Origin: Chlorokybus atmophyticus
Taxonomy: Eukaryota; Plantae; Mesostigma and Chlorokybus algae
Length of the DNA stretch: 64,000 bases
Direction: 5' to 3'
Assembly: GCA_009103225.1 (NCBI GenBank)
Contig: RHPI01002615.1
Span: forward strand, 70,328 to 134,327
The position numbers and the translations under genes are program-made. Within the stretch, counting starts at the first letter, position 1. Every line of letters begins with the position of its first letter. The notes beneath the pieces are model-generated. The model searched no databases. It had not been told where the DNA came from and saw only the letters and a program-made list of their open reading frames with translations. Below are positions 1 to 10,703 of the stretch, piece after piece.

Positions 1-1109
1 CCAGCACAGGGCCAACCAGTGCGCAGTCACATGATGTAATGTGACATGCCATGTTGCCTCATGTGAGGACAACCCCACGTTGATATCATCCGCGTAAGGG
101 TGCTTTGCTAATTTTAAGGCAAGCAGGCATTGAGCAGTCAAGCGATGTGTTTGACTATTAACTCTACAGCCCAAGGTGGCGGACCATATGAATGAGGTCA
201 GCACGTGTGGTAAAGAGGACACTTCAAGTAGTAGCTAGCTGGATAAGAAGCTGCACCTCTGCTGCCAACATGTGGCCATGTGGGAAGACAGGAGATAGGA
301 GTATATAAGGACATTGCTGGCAGTGTCCAGACAAATCACATGTGTGGGACTCCTTATGCTCACTACTGTGTGAGGGGTGCTTGGCGGTAGCTGTTCAAGA
401 GGCCTTCCCCCTGCCCTATGTTGGATAGGCTGTGAGCTGTGGTGGGAGCGGTGTGCAAAGAAAGACCGGAGAACAGCCTTCTTCACGGGTGAGTCTTTAG
501 GAGCCTGCCTTGAAGAGAAGGACGTAGGACATCCCCTGCTCGTCGCAAATTCTACACGGTGACTGACTAAGGACTGAGGGACTGACGGGTGCATGAGCCT
601 GCCTCAACGTGCCTGCCGCTGCCTGAAATGTTACTTTTGGAATATTGGGTTTGCCGTTGGCTTGAGTGGAGCGACGCAGACGGCTGCGGGTCGAAAGTGG
701 CTGTCAGTGGCACTGACCGGCCGAGAGTTGTCAACCAGTTACTCCTTGGTCGATGTGCACAGACGGCCGTTAGCCGGTAGTTACGGACAGCTGACAGCAA
801 TATACGGCAGTTTCTTTGCCGTTACACTGCTGTTAATATGTGACCCTTACCGTTTGACAAAAGTTGGCAATTCTTGCCGTAAGCTAACACCAACACGCCA
901 TGCAGCTTGTAAAAACTTTAGACTGATTATTTGGTCTTGCACTTATAAGCCTACAATATATACAACATACCGGCAGTGGTGAGAGTATGTCCACTTGCAA
1001 CTGAACAGCCGACTTGCGCATGAAACTACCCTATAACATTGAGTCTAGCTGTCGCACTCATGCGCAGCTTGTCAACTTGTGGTGGATGCCTCAGAACTCC
1101 TCCTTAAAC

Positions 1110-1440
1110 CCCCTCCTCCTGTTCCTCCTCCGGCAAGTCTTCTGCTTCAACATCGGAGTCATCTTCATCTGCTGCCTCGCTCGCTGACAGTACAGCGGCT
1201 ACTTTGTCCTTCAGCTCGAATGTCAGCGCCTCGCCGTGCACGCGCATGCGCTTGATGGTCGCTTTGAGAGTGACCACCTGCATTTGGTAAAGCTGTAAGA
1301 GTGGCGTGCTGCCAGAGGACTAGCCTATCAGCATACACATGCTTACCTCGTCTTCCGCTTTGTTGCACTCCGCCAGGCAGACACTCAGCCTGCCGCGCTG
1401 CTCTCGGTTTACTCTGACCAACATGGCAGTCTGCAAGCAT
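1110..1440 (-). CDS. Fragment of an unidentified intron-containing gene (acidic, possibly helical); may be transposon cargo
   Basis: Minus strand gives ...CLAECNKAEDE | gtaag...tgcag | VVTLKATIKRMRVHGEALTFELKDKVAAVLSASEAADEDDSDVEAEDL. The splice sites are canonical and in frame. No family recognised. Confidence 0.3.
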
Positions 1441-2413
1441 ACTGCTTAATTGCCGCTGAAAACATTAAACTAGGTCATGGATTACCCGTTCGTGGTACTC
1501 CGCAGCTTCTCTTTTGCGACTTGTGAGCTCCCGTAAGTAGAAATAGGCTGTGCATTTGCGACATTAGTCATGCTGTTCATGTGCATGACACTGGAGGCTT
1601 TGCATGAGGGTGTGCATGTGGTATTGACAGTGTATGTCATGTGCAAGATACTTGAGGCTGTGCATGTGCAAGATAAAGAACCCTAGCATGTGGCATTGAC
1701 AATGCATCGTAACCCACCTTGGTTATGCCAGTCTTGTTTGGTCCCTTCGATTATGTCGCCATGGTCGCAGTTGCTGGTGGGTCGGATGTTCTTAGAGGCG
1801 ATATTGTGGTGTGCCTTTGCCCACTCGGATGGGGAGCCCTGTAAGATATCGCCCAAGTCACTGTTGTCATTGACTGTGCCCTTGGTAGGCATGGTGGGGT
1901 TTAACACCTTGGACACCCCACCGGCACCTTGCCCGCCCTGTGCAAAGATGGATTCATCCCGGACCTCGACCACAGTGCCCACTACGCCCCTGGCAGCGCC
2001 GCCAACGATCCACTAAACGCCACATACCCTCGGCATCACCGCCATGTAAGGGCATAGCTTGGCGGAGCTATCAATGGTGTTTTCATGCGCAGGGACTGGC
2101 ATTGCCAGACTTGTTAATGGTACGAACTGCCATTGCCATTGTACAAAGATACCATTTCAATGGTGCCTTTTTGCAAAGGCATCTTCGTACCATTGAAGTG
2201 GTTCAATCATATTTATGCACAGACTCACCCTGAACGTGCAATGCCTCGGTCGTACCATAGTAATGGTACGACGAAGCCAGTAAATGGCGGCCAAGTTTTC
2301 CGCCTCTGGCATGCAAGGGTAGTGGTGGCGGCGGCGGCGGTGGCGGCTGTGCGTGTTGCTGAATATGATGCAGGCTACATTGGCGACGCCTGTGTCGACG
2401 TCAGTAGTGAGCT

Positions 2414-5400
2414 ATGGGAGTCTTTTGTCCGTATTGCCACACGCGCTTTGCCACACGCAGCTCGATCTACATGCACATTGTTAGCAGCAGGGTGTGCAAG
2501 CAAATCAAGCTGTATGTCGGCCAGTGTCCATTACAGTACGATGCGGGTCATGTTGAACCGGGGAGTTCGATCCAGGATGCGCATATGCTTGATGCTGAAG
2601 GATTCCTCCAGGAGACACACGCACAGCAGCAATAGAAGGAGGAGGAAGTGAACGAGGGCTTTTGATGTGTGCGTGTGCCTGAGAAACCTGTGGCACGCCA
2701 GCATGGAAGTGGAGGCGTCCCTTCGCACGCGTCGGAATCCAGGTGGTATGGCTCGGAGCATGCTTTTGCAATGGCATTCGTGCAATGCAACAACGGCCAA
2801 GGCCTGTCGGCCTCCGACATGGGGCGGATCATCAAGTGCATCCGAAATGCACATTTCCTAACGGAAGAGCTCCGATGGGAGACCGGTGTGCATGTGGCCA
2901 GCTACCTCCGGACCACAATTGCTTTCTCAGTCTGAAGTGTGTTCATGGTGTGCAGTGCATGTGCTTCAACCATCAGAGACATGTCACATATGCACATGCG
3001 AGTGTGCTGCAGTATTAAAAGTACGTGACGGCTGACCTGCGCAAGCCTGGAGACCCTGAGGACCAGGACATCAGCATTACATATATGCCGGCCAAGGTTT
3101 GTGAAATGCAGTATCAAATGCAGTATCGATGCATAATCTATTCTGAGGCCAACATGTCTGTTAATGCTCTTGGTCGGAGCAGGTATGGCTCGCGCGGTTG
3201 TATGGCAATCCACATGCCGCTAATGGCTTCAATCTCCAGTACAGTGGTGACGAGCACAGCTTTGGCCATCCTTCCACGCGCGATTGGTGAAAGGATGTGG
3301 AGGTGGATTTGAGGGGAGAGGTGGGGGAAGCGTCCTACTTGGCGCTTGTCATTCTGTACAGTGACACGACCACGCTGGACTGCGCGGGCAGCTCTGGCTA
3401 CCCTCTAATGGCATCGCTTGCCAACTACAGTTGGGACATGTATGCTAGCAACACGGGGGTTGTTATGATAGCGCTTCTGCCGGTGGTTCACGCAGTGGCC
3501 GGGCATCCCACCTGGGCGCAGGGCAAGGAATCATTCTCAATTCGGAAACGTGAGATTTTTCATGACGCTTTGAATGTAATGTTAGGGGATGTGAAGCGGG
3601 CAAGCTGAGAAGGTCTGCAGCTTATCGACCCGAATGGCATCAAGCGTCGTGTGTTTCCCGCGCTTGCCAACTACATCAGCGACTTGCAGGTAGTGAGCAT
3701 GCATGGTTGTAAACGGATGCAGCCTGCTGGCAAACAGTGCATGGAGGATGTTGTCAGTGGAGCATTTGAGTTTGTCGTGTGGCAGGAGACTGCCACACTC
3801 GCACGCACTGTGTCGGGCAATTAAACACGACATCTTTGCGATGTTTGTCTCGTCACCAAATCAGATCTGTTAGAGATGGATGAGAACCGAGGCTTTCTGC
3901 ACACCAGCAATACATCAGTTGCGGGCGGACCAGCATAGCGGTGTTAGGAATGCACGCTAGACAGCTAAGGCTTTTAAAGAGCAGCACTCCATGCATGTTA
4001 AGGAGGTAATGGTTAAATCACCGGCATTCGTGAGGATGAATGGCTTTCTGTGAAACCAGGCAATGTGGTTTGGCAACAGAATGCACTGTGGGGTTAGCGA
4101 CAGTCGCGGGTGCCGGGAGTTGATTGCTACTCTCGTCTTGCCCCTGACGCAATGTATGTGCTGGGAGGCATCATTGACCACCTGCTTGCTGCTGTGTACG
4201 ACGCTGCGAAGGAACGAATGCGTCCATTCACGAGACGGATTCTGCAGGCCAGGCACGTCTTTGGTGTTGCTGTTGTGTAGAACACAAAAGCCAATGACAC
4301 GTGCTCACAAGCAGATGTGCACACGCTGAATGCATGCAAGGCGACTCTACAGGTTTCGCACTTCAAGGCACCCACAAGCACAATAGATTTCTTCCTGTCC
4401 GACCACTCCTTTCAGGTGGTGGAGAAAGTGGCGGTGCTGCAGCTGCTGCCGGTCCCTGCAGACGGTTTGCTGCTCGACAGTAAGGGCAACAATTTCTTCA
4501 CCATTGCTGCCGCATCGACGGCCCAGTGGAACAAAACATTGCTCAGGCGCATGAACACACAAGAGAAACCCTGACCACAGCCGACAACGAGCTGGCTGCC
4601 TTCAAAGCTGCAGTGTTGCATCCGCTATTGTCGTCATCTTCTGCACAGAAGTCAGGTTGGTAGATCGAGAAGAAGCATCAGCTCACTCATTTTGGGCCGG
4701 CAATTGTTAGCAGTGGACACCCAGATTGGTTCAGCGCCAACCGCATGGAGTAGATGCACGCCTAAAGTAAATATCAAACGGTGGGCGCGTGGTGGCAACA
4801 ACCGGGACTACCAGGCGTGTATCCTGAAGGCATGGAGCTGTGCGGAATATGTGAGAGAGGATGGCATGGTCGTGGATCCCGAGATGCGCTCGGTCATGAC
4901 GCAGGCGCGGCAGCAGTGCTGTAATGTAATGGAGAAGACAGACAAGTTGCTACGGATGGATGTGCTGACAAAGAGGGAGTTCAGCCCGTATTGGAGCGGA
5001 TCTGCGCGTAGTCGCCAAGTCGCCCTAAAGACTCCATTTGCCAACAAGCTGCCTGCCACCCTAAACAGCTGGTTGAGGAGGGAACAGCTGGAGTTGGCCG
5101 ACAGGTGGCGTGCTGTTCGCGTGGTGAACGGAGGCGCAGCGGTGTACATGACATCAGGAGTCAGCATGGCGTGCGCAATTAGGATTTTCCATGGGCGGCC
5201 TTGGTTCTCTACACTTGAGTTGGAAGGTGATGAGGACGGTGTGAACATGACGTGTTGGGCTCAGGCACTCCTTTTTTTTTGCGCGTGGTGGTGTGGGGTG
5301 GTAGCGGCGAGCGCGTGTGGCAGGAGGTCGTGTTTGTCCGCTGGTACACGAAGCTGGATGTAACGAGCAACACAAAGTGCATCGCTCTGGAATGGGAAAA

Positions 5401-5535
5401 GCGTTGAGGGGGTCCACATCTCGATGTCGTGACTCTGAAGCAGGCATTGTCCAGCTGCTCCCCATGTTTAAGAAGGACAGCGCCCGTGTACAAGAAGGCA
5501 AGTATTGGGTGATCGTTCATTGCACTGCCACGTGA
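2414..5535 (+). mobile_element. Plavaka-like DDE transposase gene, intron-containing, decayed (stops and frameshifts)
   Basis: N-terminal zinc finger CPYC-x12-H-x6-C from ATG 2414. Core reads ...HPST.DW*KDVEVDLRGEVGEASYLALVILYSDTTTLD..GSSGYPLMASLAN..VMIALLP..KREIFHDALNVMLGDVKRAS*EGLQLIDPNGIKRRVFPALANYISD, then YSRLAPDAM.VLGGIIDHL. C-terminus has IRIFHGRPWFSTLEL...WAQALLFF. These match my recollection of Plavaka transposase motifs. Intron gtttgtg...gcag at ~3097-3183. Confidence 0.8.
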
Positions 5536-5738
5536 CACATGTACTTGTCTCACTACTTTGAGTTTGAAGCATATCAGTCAGTTAGGCATTGCTAATCGTA
5601 TGCTAAGACTTGTGCATGTGGACGTGTACAATACCGGGCAGCTGTTACTGCACAACTGTCACCACAATCGAATGTGCCATGCAACATTTATCAATTAGTC
5701 CGCCGTGTGGCATTAAGCATCAATACAGTGCACCACAC

Positions 5739-7405
5739 TCAAGCCTCATAGTTCCATGACACAGGAGGGTAGTCACAGCGCATATCCATTGTTTCAAGCA
5801 TGAGACGCCCTATGCACTCCGCCATTGCTGGAGCAACTGCATTCGCTATGGTAACGGCCGTCATCCATGGCACTCCCAGCGCTGTTTGCCATGCAGCAAT
5901 GCCGCCCCTGGTGCTTGGAAGGCCATAGACCGGGTACATTTGCTGTGGTGCGTTTGATGTCACGATGGTCTTCTTCGCGCTAGCGGACAGGTGCGGCAAT
6001 AGCAGTCCAACCGCCTTGCCCGCGTGCGAGCAGCGTGCTGGTGGGGTAGCTACCACTGGCTGTGTCTCAAACAGACGGTGTTGGAAAGTTGATAGGCCAA
6101 ACATCGTGCCACAAAGGGACAGATTGGGCCTGAGTAAGGAAGCTGCTCCTGGCACATTCTCAATCACAAACTTGACCTGGCTTGCAAGCAGCAGACGTCG
6201 GACGAGCGGTATCATATCCTCGTGTCTCCAGGATGTGCCATGTGCCGCCCGTTGAGGTGCTGGGATAGCACCTGAATAGGCCTGGCTTAGTGGACAAGCC
6301 CATATGAGCTCGTACGCGCTCAGCTCTCTTGCACTCAGGGTGCATACATCGCGGTGTATGAAGGGCAGCGGGCCACTGCGTGAACCACCGGCAGAAGCGC
6401 TATCATAACAACCCCCGTGTTGCTAGCATACATGTCCCAACTGTAGTTGGCAAGCGATGCCATTAGAGGGTAGCCAGAACTGCCTGCGCTGTCCAGCGTG
6501 GTCGTGTCACTGTACAGAATGGCAAGCGCCAAGTAGGACGCTTCCCCCACCTCTCTCCTCAAATCCACCTGCACATCCTTTCATCAATCGCGCGTGGAAG
6601 GATGGTCAAAGCTGTGCTCGTCACCACTGTACTGGAGATTGAAGCTATTAGCGGCATGTATATTGCCATACAACCGCGCGAGCCATACCTGCTCCGACCA
6701 AGAGCATTAACAGACATGTTGGCCTCAGAATAGATACTGCATCGATACTGCATTTGATACTGCATTTCGCAAATCTTGGTCGGCATATATGTAACGCTAA
6801 TGTCCTGATCCTCAGGTGCTATCCCGAGGAGGGACTTATGTCCATCCCGGTCACGTCAAAGCCGGGTGATATAGACCGACACTGGCATCGCCACCGCCGC
6901 AGAATAGGTCAAGTGCCTTTGGTCTGCGTGTGCGTCCAAGCTTGTTGTCAAATGGCGTGTATGTGGTCAAGGCTGGCCGTGATGCTGGCCAGGGACTAAC
7001 AATAATGCCGTCCGGGCTTATTTTGCGACTGACGTTCTCCCCTCCGGCGCGCAGAACACAGCGTGCCCCGTCAACTGATGTGTATGCGAATACGTTGTGC
7101 CCTTTGAAGTTGATGGTTTGTGGTCGATCACAATCATCGAATACTATACGATGCTGCCCTGCAAAGACATTTTCCATTGCACCATGCATATATGATCAGT
7201 CCTCAATCTCGCACGCCATGAAGCGATGCTGACGTGACACTTGCTTGAATGATTCCACAACGCCCGCATACCATTCCCCATCCAGCGGCCAATGCACCAT
7301 GACACTCACACCGATCAGCTGCTCGCATCCCAACTTAACTGCGTTCCGCAGCCGATGCAGTGCGCTGTCCAACGGTCGATGGTCTGCCTCCTCTACAGCG
7401 ACCAA
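5739..7405 (-). pseudogene. Tudor domain + phage/bacterial-type C5 cytosine DNA methyltransferase, disrupted
   Basis: Motif I KALDLFCGGGDASVGLY, then frameshifted GFDVTGMDI at ~6830-6920. After the insertion: PFIHRDVCTLSARELSAYELIWACPLSQAYS (degenerate SPPCQ, motif IV), HEDMIPLVRRLL..FVIENVPGA (motif VI), LCGTMFGL..QHRLFET (motif VIII), WMT..IANAVAPAMAECIGRLML (motif X). Upstream Tudor-like LIGVSVMVHWPLDGEWYAGVVESFKQVSR/QHRIVFDD is rebuilt by splicing a 75-nt GT-AG intron at 7159-7233. Confidence 0.8.
6373..6818 (-). mobile_element. Inverted ~450-bp copy of an internal Plavaka transposase segment inserted in the methyltransferase
   Basis: Reverse complement closely matches ~3054-3500 (PEDQDI...VDLRREVGEASYLALAILYSDTTTLDSAGSSGYPLMASLAN...VVHAVA) and includes the intron. 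It splits the MTase between motif I and motif IV. Confidence 0.9.
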
Positions 7406-7511
7406 GGGATGGAATTGCCCACGCCTACACCGTGGAAGACTGCTCTAAATGCGACAACAGCTTGAACATGCATGACACTAGCATGCGCCCAACATAACAT
7501 GCAGTGATACG

Positions 7512-7980
7512 TGTTGAGATTCGGACACTACTGACCATGCATGGAGTTGGTACAAGCACAAGTACACACACTCTACCAGAGCATACACACAAGGCTGATC
7601 CAAAAGGCTTTCTAAGAATTACAACAAAGTCATACCGCGGGCTTTTATACCCGCCAGTTCTGCACCTGTCTACTCTAGAAGCCACCACGACTTTTACACT
7701 CAACCGATTCCTGCGCTCTAAGTTGTACCACGTAGCTACTTTCAAGAGCTTTCCAACAAGCTATGACACGCGCCATACGATGACGTAACCACCGAGCTAC
7801 AACGTTTCTTCTACAGCGCCTGGAAGTCTCCAGACTCCGGACTCGACTCCGCGCCTGGAACCTTCTCGACTGAAGTCCTCGCCTGGACCTTTCTCGACTG
7901 GAACCTTCTCGCGCCTGAATCTTCTCGCGGCTATTCTTATCCACAGGGCAAGCTGACCGGATACAAGAATATCCTCAACA
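7512..7980 (-). repeat. 3' LTR of the copia element
   Basis: tgttgagatt...atcctcaaca. About 9 mismatches to 9835-10303 by eye. Contains degenerate internal ctggaaccttctcg repeats. Confidence 0.95.
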
Positions 7981-8034
7981 CTCCCACGCGGGCAGCTTGG
8001 CCTTTAACACCTTCGATGCCAACTCCTTGCGTAC

Positions 8035-8589
8035 TCATGCGCGACGAACTCCCACGCCATCTTTTGCTCTTCCAACCATCTTGAAGACACTTCCCGCACC
8101 TCTGATGAGCACCTCCTTGAAGCTCTTCACTTGCACACCCTTATTGCAACTCTCATGGTCATTTGCATGTGCTCCCACGTGCTCACTCTCGGCAACGTCC
8201 TGCACACCACCACCACCATGCTTCTCCTTGTTGTCCTTGCTGATGCCAACGCCTCTTTTGGCTCCCACGGGCTCCGGAACTGCACCTTCAGCCTTCTTGA
8301 CACCACCAGCAACCTCCACACGTGGAATCACTCCACCACTCGCATGTGACACGCTATTCGTCACCTTCTCTTGAGCTCCCGCTCCCTTATGAGTAACAGG
8401 CTCGACCTTGGCCTTCTTCTTCATCTTCTTCACAACCGGTGCTGACTTGGACACCTCCACCTTGGTCTTCTTGTGCATGTCCGCACCCTTGACCTCCTTA
8501 ATGATGTAGAGCCCTCCAACATTGATGCCAACCAACTCTGTGACACTACGCAGCACTACCCTTCCTATGTCCCCATTAAACACTGTCAC
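8035..8589 (-). CDS. Frameshifted continuation of gag-PR: pre-integrase GLY motif, then a K/V/G-rich non-integrase tail
   Basis: TVFNGD...VGGLYIIKE is followed by ~150 aa of low-complexity open frame ending near the PPT. No HHCC or DDE motif. Confidence 0.6.
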   Translation of the reverse strand: MTVFNGDIGRVVLRSVTELVGINVGGLYIIKEVKGADMHKKTKVEVSKSAPVVKKMKKKAKVEPVTHKGAGAQEKVTNSVSHASGGVIPRVEVAGGVKKAEGAVPEPVGAKRGVGISKDNKEKHGGGGVQDVAESEHVGAHANDHESCNKGVQVKSFKEVLIRGAGSVFKMVGRAKDGVGVRRA

Positions 8590-9746
8590 AGCACCAACTC
8601 TCTCGCCGCGATGCGCACAGAGAATAGGCTAACCTCTAGCCCTGGGACATACAAAACCTCTCTCAACAACACTTGCCTCGTCCTTCCTCCAACCTGGGAC
8701 AGGATTTTGACTTCTCCTACACCAACCGCGAACACCTCCGTCTTGCCGAACTTCACCATCATAGGTTTCTCCAAGACCTTGTACTTCGCCAGCTTCTCAC
8801 GATCACCCGTCATATGCCTCGTGCAACCCGAGTCCAGCACCCAACCAGCTGCCTCACCATCCGTTGTTGCATGAAAGGCAATACGCGTTTCTCGAACACG
8901 TCCCGTCATGGCATGATGCTTCTCTCCACCACGCTCCTCTTCGTGCTGCTTTCTCATCGAGCAATGCACTCTGATGTGGCCCTTCTTCCCGCAATAGTAG
9001 CAGACCCTGTCACTCCTTGACGCTCCTCTACCACCACCACTAGAACCGCCACCATCACCACTGAAACGCCCATACCCATGCTGAAAACGATCAGTACCTC
9101 TTCCTAAAGTCGCTGAGAAAGCCAACGCCTCTGGGCCTTCCTCATGCTTCTTCGCCAGCCTCGACTCCACCTGCAGCAATCTTGGAACCACCTCGTCCAC
9201 CGTGGGTTCTGCCTCTAAGCCCTCTAAGACCGTGATCACCGTGTCATAGTCTTCAGGCAACCCGGACAGTACTTGCCACACCAACTCGGCCTCCTTCACC
9301 TCATAGCCAACGCCTTGAAGGTCCTTCTGCAACTCTCGTGCACGCGACACATACTTGGTAATAGGCTCCGCTGCTCCTTGCTTCTTCAACCCAGCGAGCT
9401 CTCTCTTCAGCCGCACCTTCCTCGCGCTATTCTTTGCCTTGAAGTGCGATGCCAACTTCTCCCAAGCTTCTCGTGCAGTCTTGCAGCCATCCACCAACAC
9501 CAAGTGACGATCCTTTACGTTGAGACCGATTAGGGCAAGCGCTCTCCCACTCTGCTGCTTGAACACCGAACTCTGCCTTGTAGACATAGGGTCAGCCTCC
9601 TCCGGGTCCACCCACTCCCACAAGTCTTTGTGTACCAGCAACATCTTCATGCGCACGCTCCATGTGTTGTAGTTGTCCACGTCCAGAGGCTCCACGGTCA
9701 CCTTGTCGTAGTTGGTTGCCATCTTCCAGGATTCACCCAACCTCAC
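8586..9746 (-). CDS. Copia Gag (UBN2-type) + CCHC knuckle + aspartic protease
   Basis: LDVDNYNTWSVRMKMLLVHKDLW, AREAWEKL, CYYCGKKGHIRVHC, WVLDSGCTRHMTGD, VLYVPGLEVSLFSV. Confidence 0.9.
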   Translation of the reverse strand: MRLGESWKMATNYDKVTVEPLDVDNYNTWSVRMKMLLVHKDLWEWVDPEEADPMSTRQSSVFKQQSGRALALIGLNVKDRHLVLVDGCKTAREAWEKLASHFKAKNSARKVRLKRELAGLKKQGAAEPITKYVSRARELQKDLQGVGYEVKEAELVWQVLSGLPEDYDTVITVLEGLEAEPTVDEVVPRLLQVESRLAKKHEEGPEALAFSATLGRGTDRFQHGYGRFSGDGGGSSGGGRGASRSDRVCYYCGKKGHIRVHCSMRKQHEEERGGEKHHAMTGRVRETRIAFHATTDGEAAGWVLDSGCTRHMTGDREKLAKYKVLEKPMMVKFGKTEVFAVGVGEVKILSQVGGRTRQVLLREVLYVPGLEVSLFSVRIAARELVL

Positions 9747-9820
9747 AAGACTTAGCTAGAACTCCTTGCCTAGCCTACTGCCGTTATCACGCCTCTAGAC
9801 ACTTGCTAGACCAGCGTAGT

Positions 9821-9834
9821 GTGGGCCCATAACC
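9821..9834 (-). promoter_or_regulatory. Primer-binding site, internal tRNA-iMet (half-tRNA) type
   Basis: Minus strand GGTTATGGGCCCAC directly after the 5' LTR, the type known from Drosophila copia, Ty5 and Volvox Osser. Confidence 0.85.
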
Positions 9835-10303
9835 TGTTGAGATTCGGACACTACTGACCATGCATGGAGTTGGTACAAGCACAAGTACACACACTCTACC
9901 AGAGCATACACACAAGGCTGATCCAAAAGGCTTCTTAAGGATTACAACAAAGTCATACCGCGGGCTTTTATACCCGCCAGTTCTGCACCTGTCTAGTCTA
10001 GAAGCTACCACGACTTCTACACTCAACCGATTCCTGCGCTCTAAGTTGTACCACGTAGCTACTTTCAAGAGCTTTCCAACAAGCTATAACACGCGCCATA
10101 CGATGACGTAACCACCGAGCTACAACGTTTCTTCTACAGCGCCTGGAAGTCTCCAGACTCCGGACTCGACTCCGCGCCTGGAACCTTCTCGACTGAAGTC
10201 CTCGCCTGGACCTTTCTCGACTGGAACCTTCTCGCGCCTGAATCTTCTCGCGGCTATTCTTATCCACAGGGCAAGCTGACCGGATTCAAGAATATCCTTA
10301 ACA
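9835..10303 (-). repeat. 5' LTR of the copia element
   Basis: tgttgagatt...atccttaaca, a direct repeat of 7512-7980. Confidence 0.95.
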
Positions 10304-10703
10304 ATACGTCGCGGTCCACTCTGCCGAATTACCTCCAGCATCCACCACATGTCTATTAACCACATGTCCCGGTGTTGTCCATGTGAAGAAGCGCATGGGT
10401 TCCCCTCGCCACTTGAAGCATGAGCGCGAGCACGATTCGCACACGCACTGCACGCAATGAAAAAACTCGGGTTCCTTGCACAGCACTTGGCCGAGGTGGC
10501 AGCCAAACACGTCGACATTGTGTGTGGTGTGATGCCAGCAAGCAGTACTAAAATCGTGGCACACTGTTTGCACTCGCTGGCATTCGGTCAAGTGTGCTCG
10601 CATTTGCTGCCTACGACCATTGGCACATACGTACGCATTGCATTGTGGGCACACCAAGCATGGTCTCTAGGTGAGGAGGATTCAACTGCTGCCGCCGACA
10701 TCA
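10304..10703 (-). pseudogene. Cys/His-rich upstream exon(s), probably the 5' part of the Tudor-MTase gene displaced by the copia insertion
   Basis: VCPQCNAYVC...HLTEC, CHLGQVLC...HCVQCVCESCSRSC. A donor (gag|gtaatt, ~10330) and an acceptor (ttcaag, ~7461) flank the copia site, giving a ~75-nt intron once the element is removed. One frameshift is needed to reach the Tudor frame. Confidence 0.4.

Larger units (their letters stand above)
7512..10303 (-). mobile_element. Non-autonomous Ty1/copia LTR retrotransposon (gag-protease only, 2792 bp)
   Basis: Two 469-bp TG...CA LTRs and a 5-bp TSD ATACG (7507-7511, 10304-10308). PBS GGTTATGGGCCCA follows the 5' LTR and a short PPT precedes the 3' LTR. 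Gag, Zn knuckle and protease ORF present; no integrase, RT or RNase H motifs seen. Confidence 0.95.

Noticed and set aside
7196-7198. Stop codon between two apparent half-Tudor domains (tandem Tudor or readthrough)
   Set aside because: Better explained by a 75-nt intron that yields one Tudor domain.
7840-7935. Short degenerate repeats resembling a CRISPR or regulatory array
   Set aside because: They are internal to the LTR, duplicated at ~10160-10255, and have no unique spacers. No cas genes are present and the context is eukaryotic.
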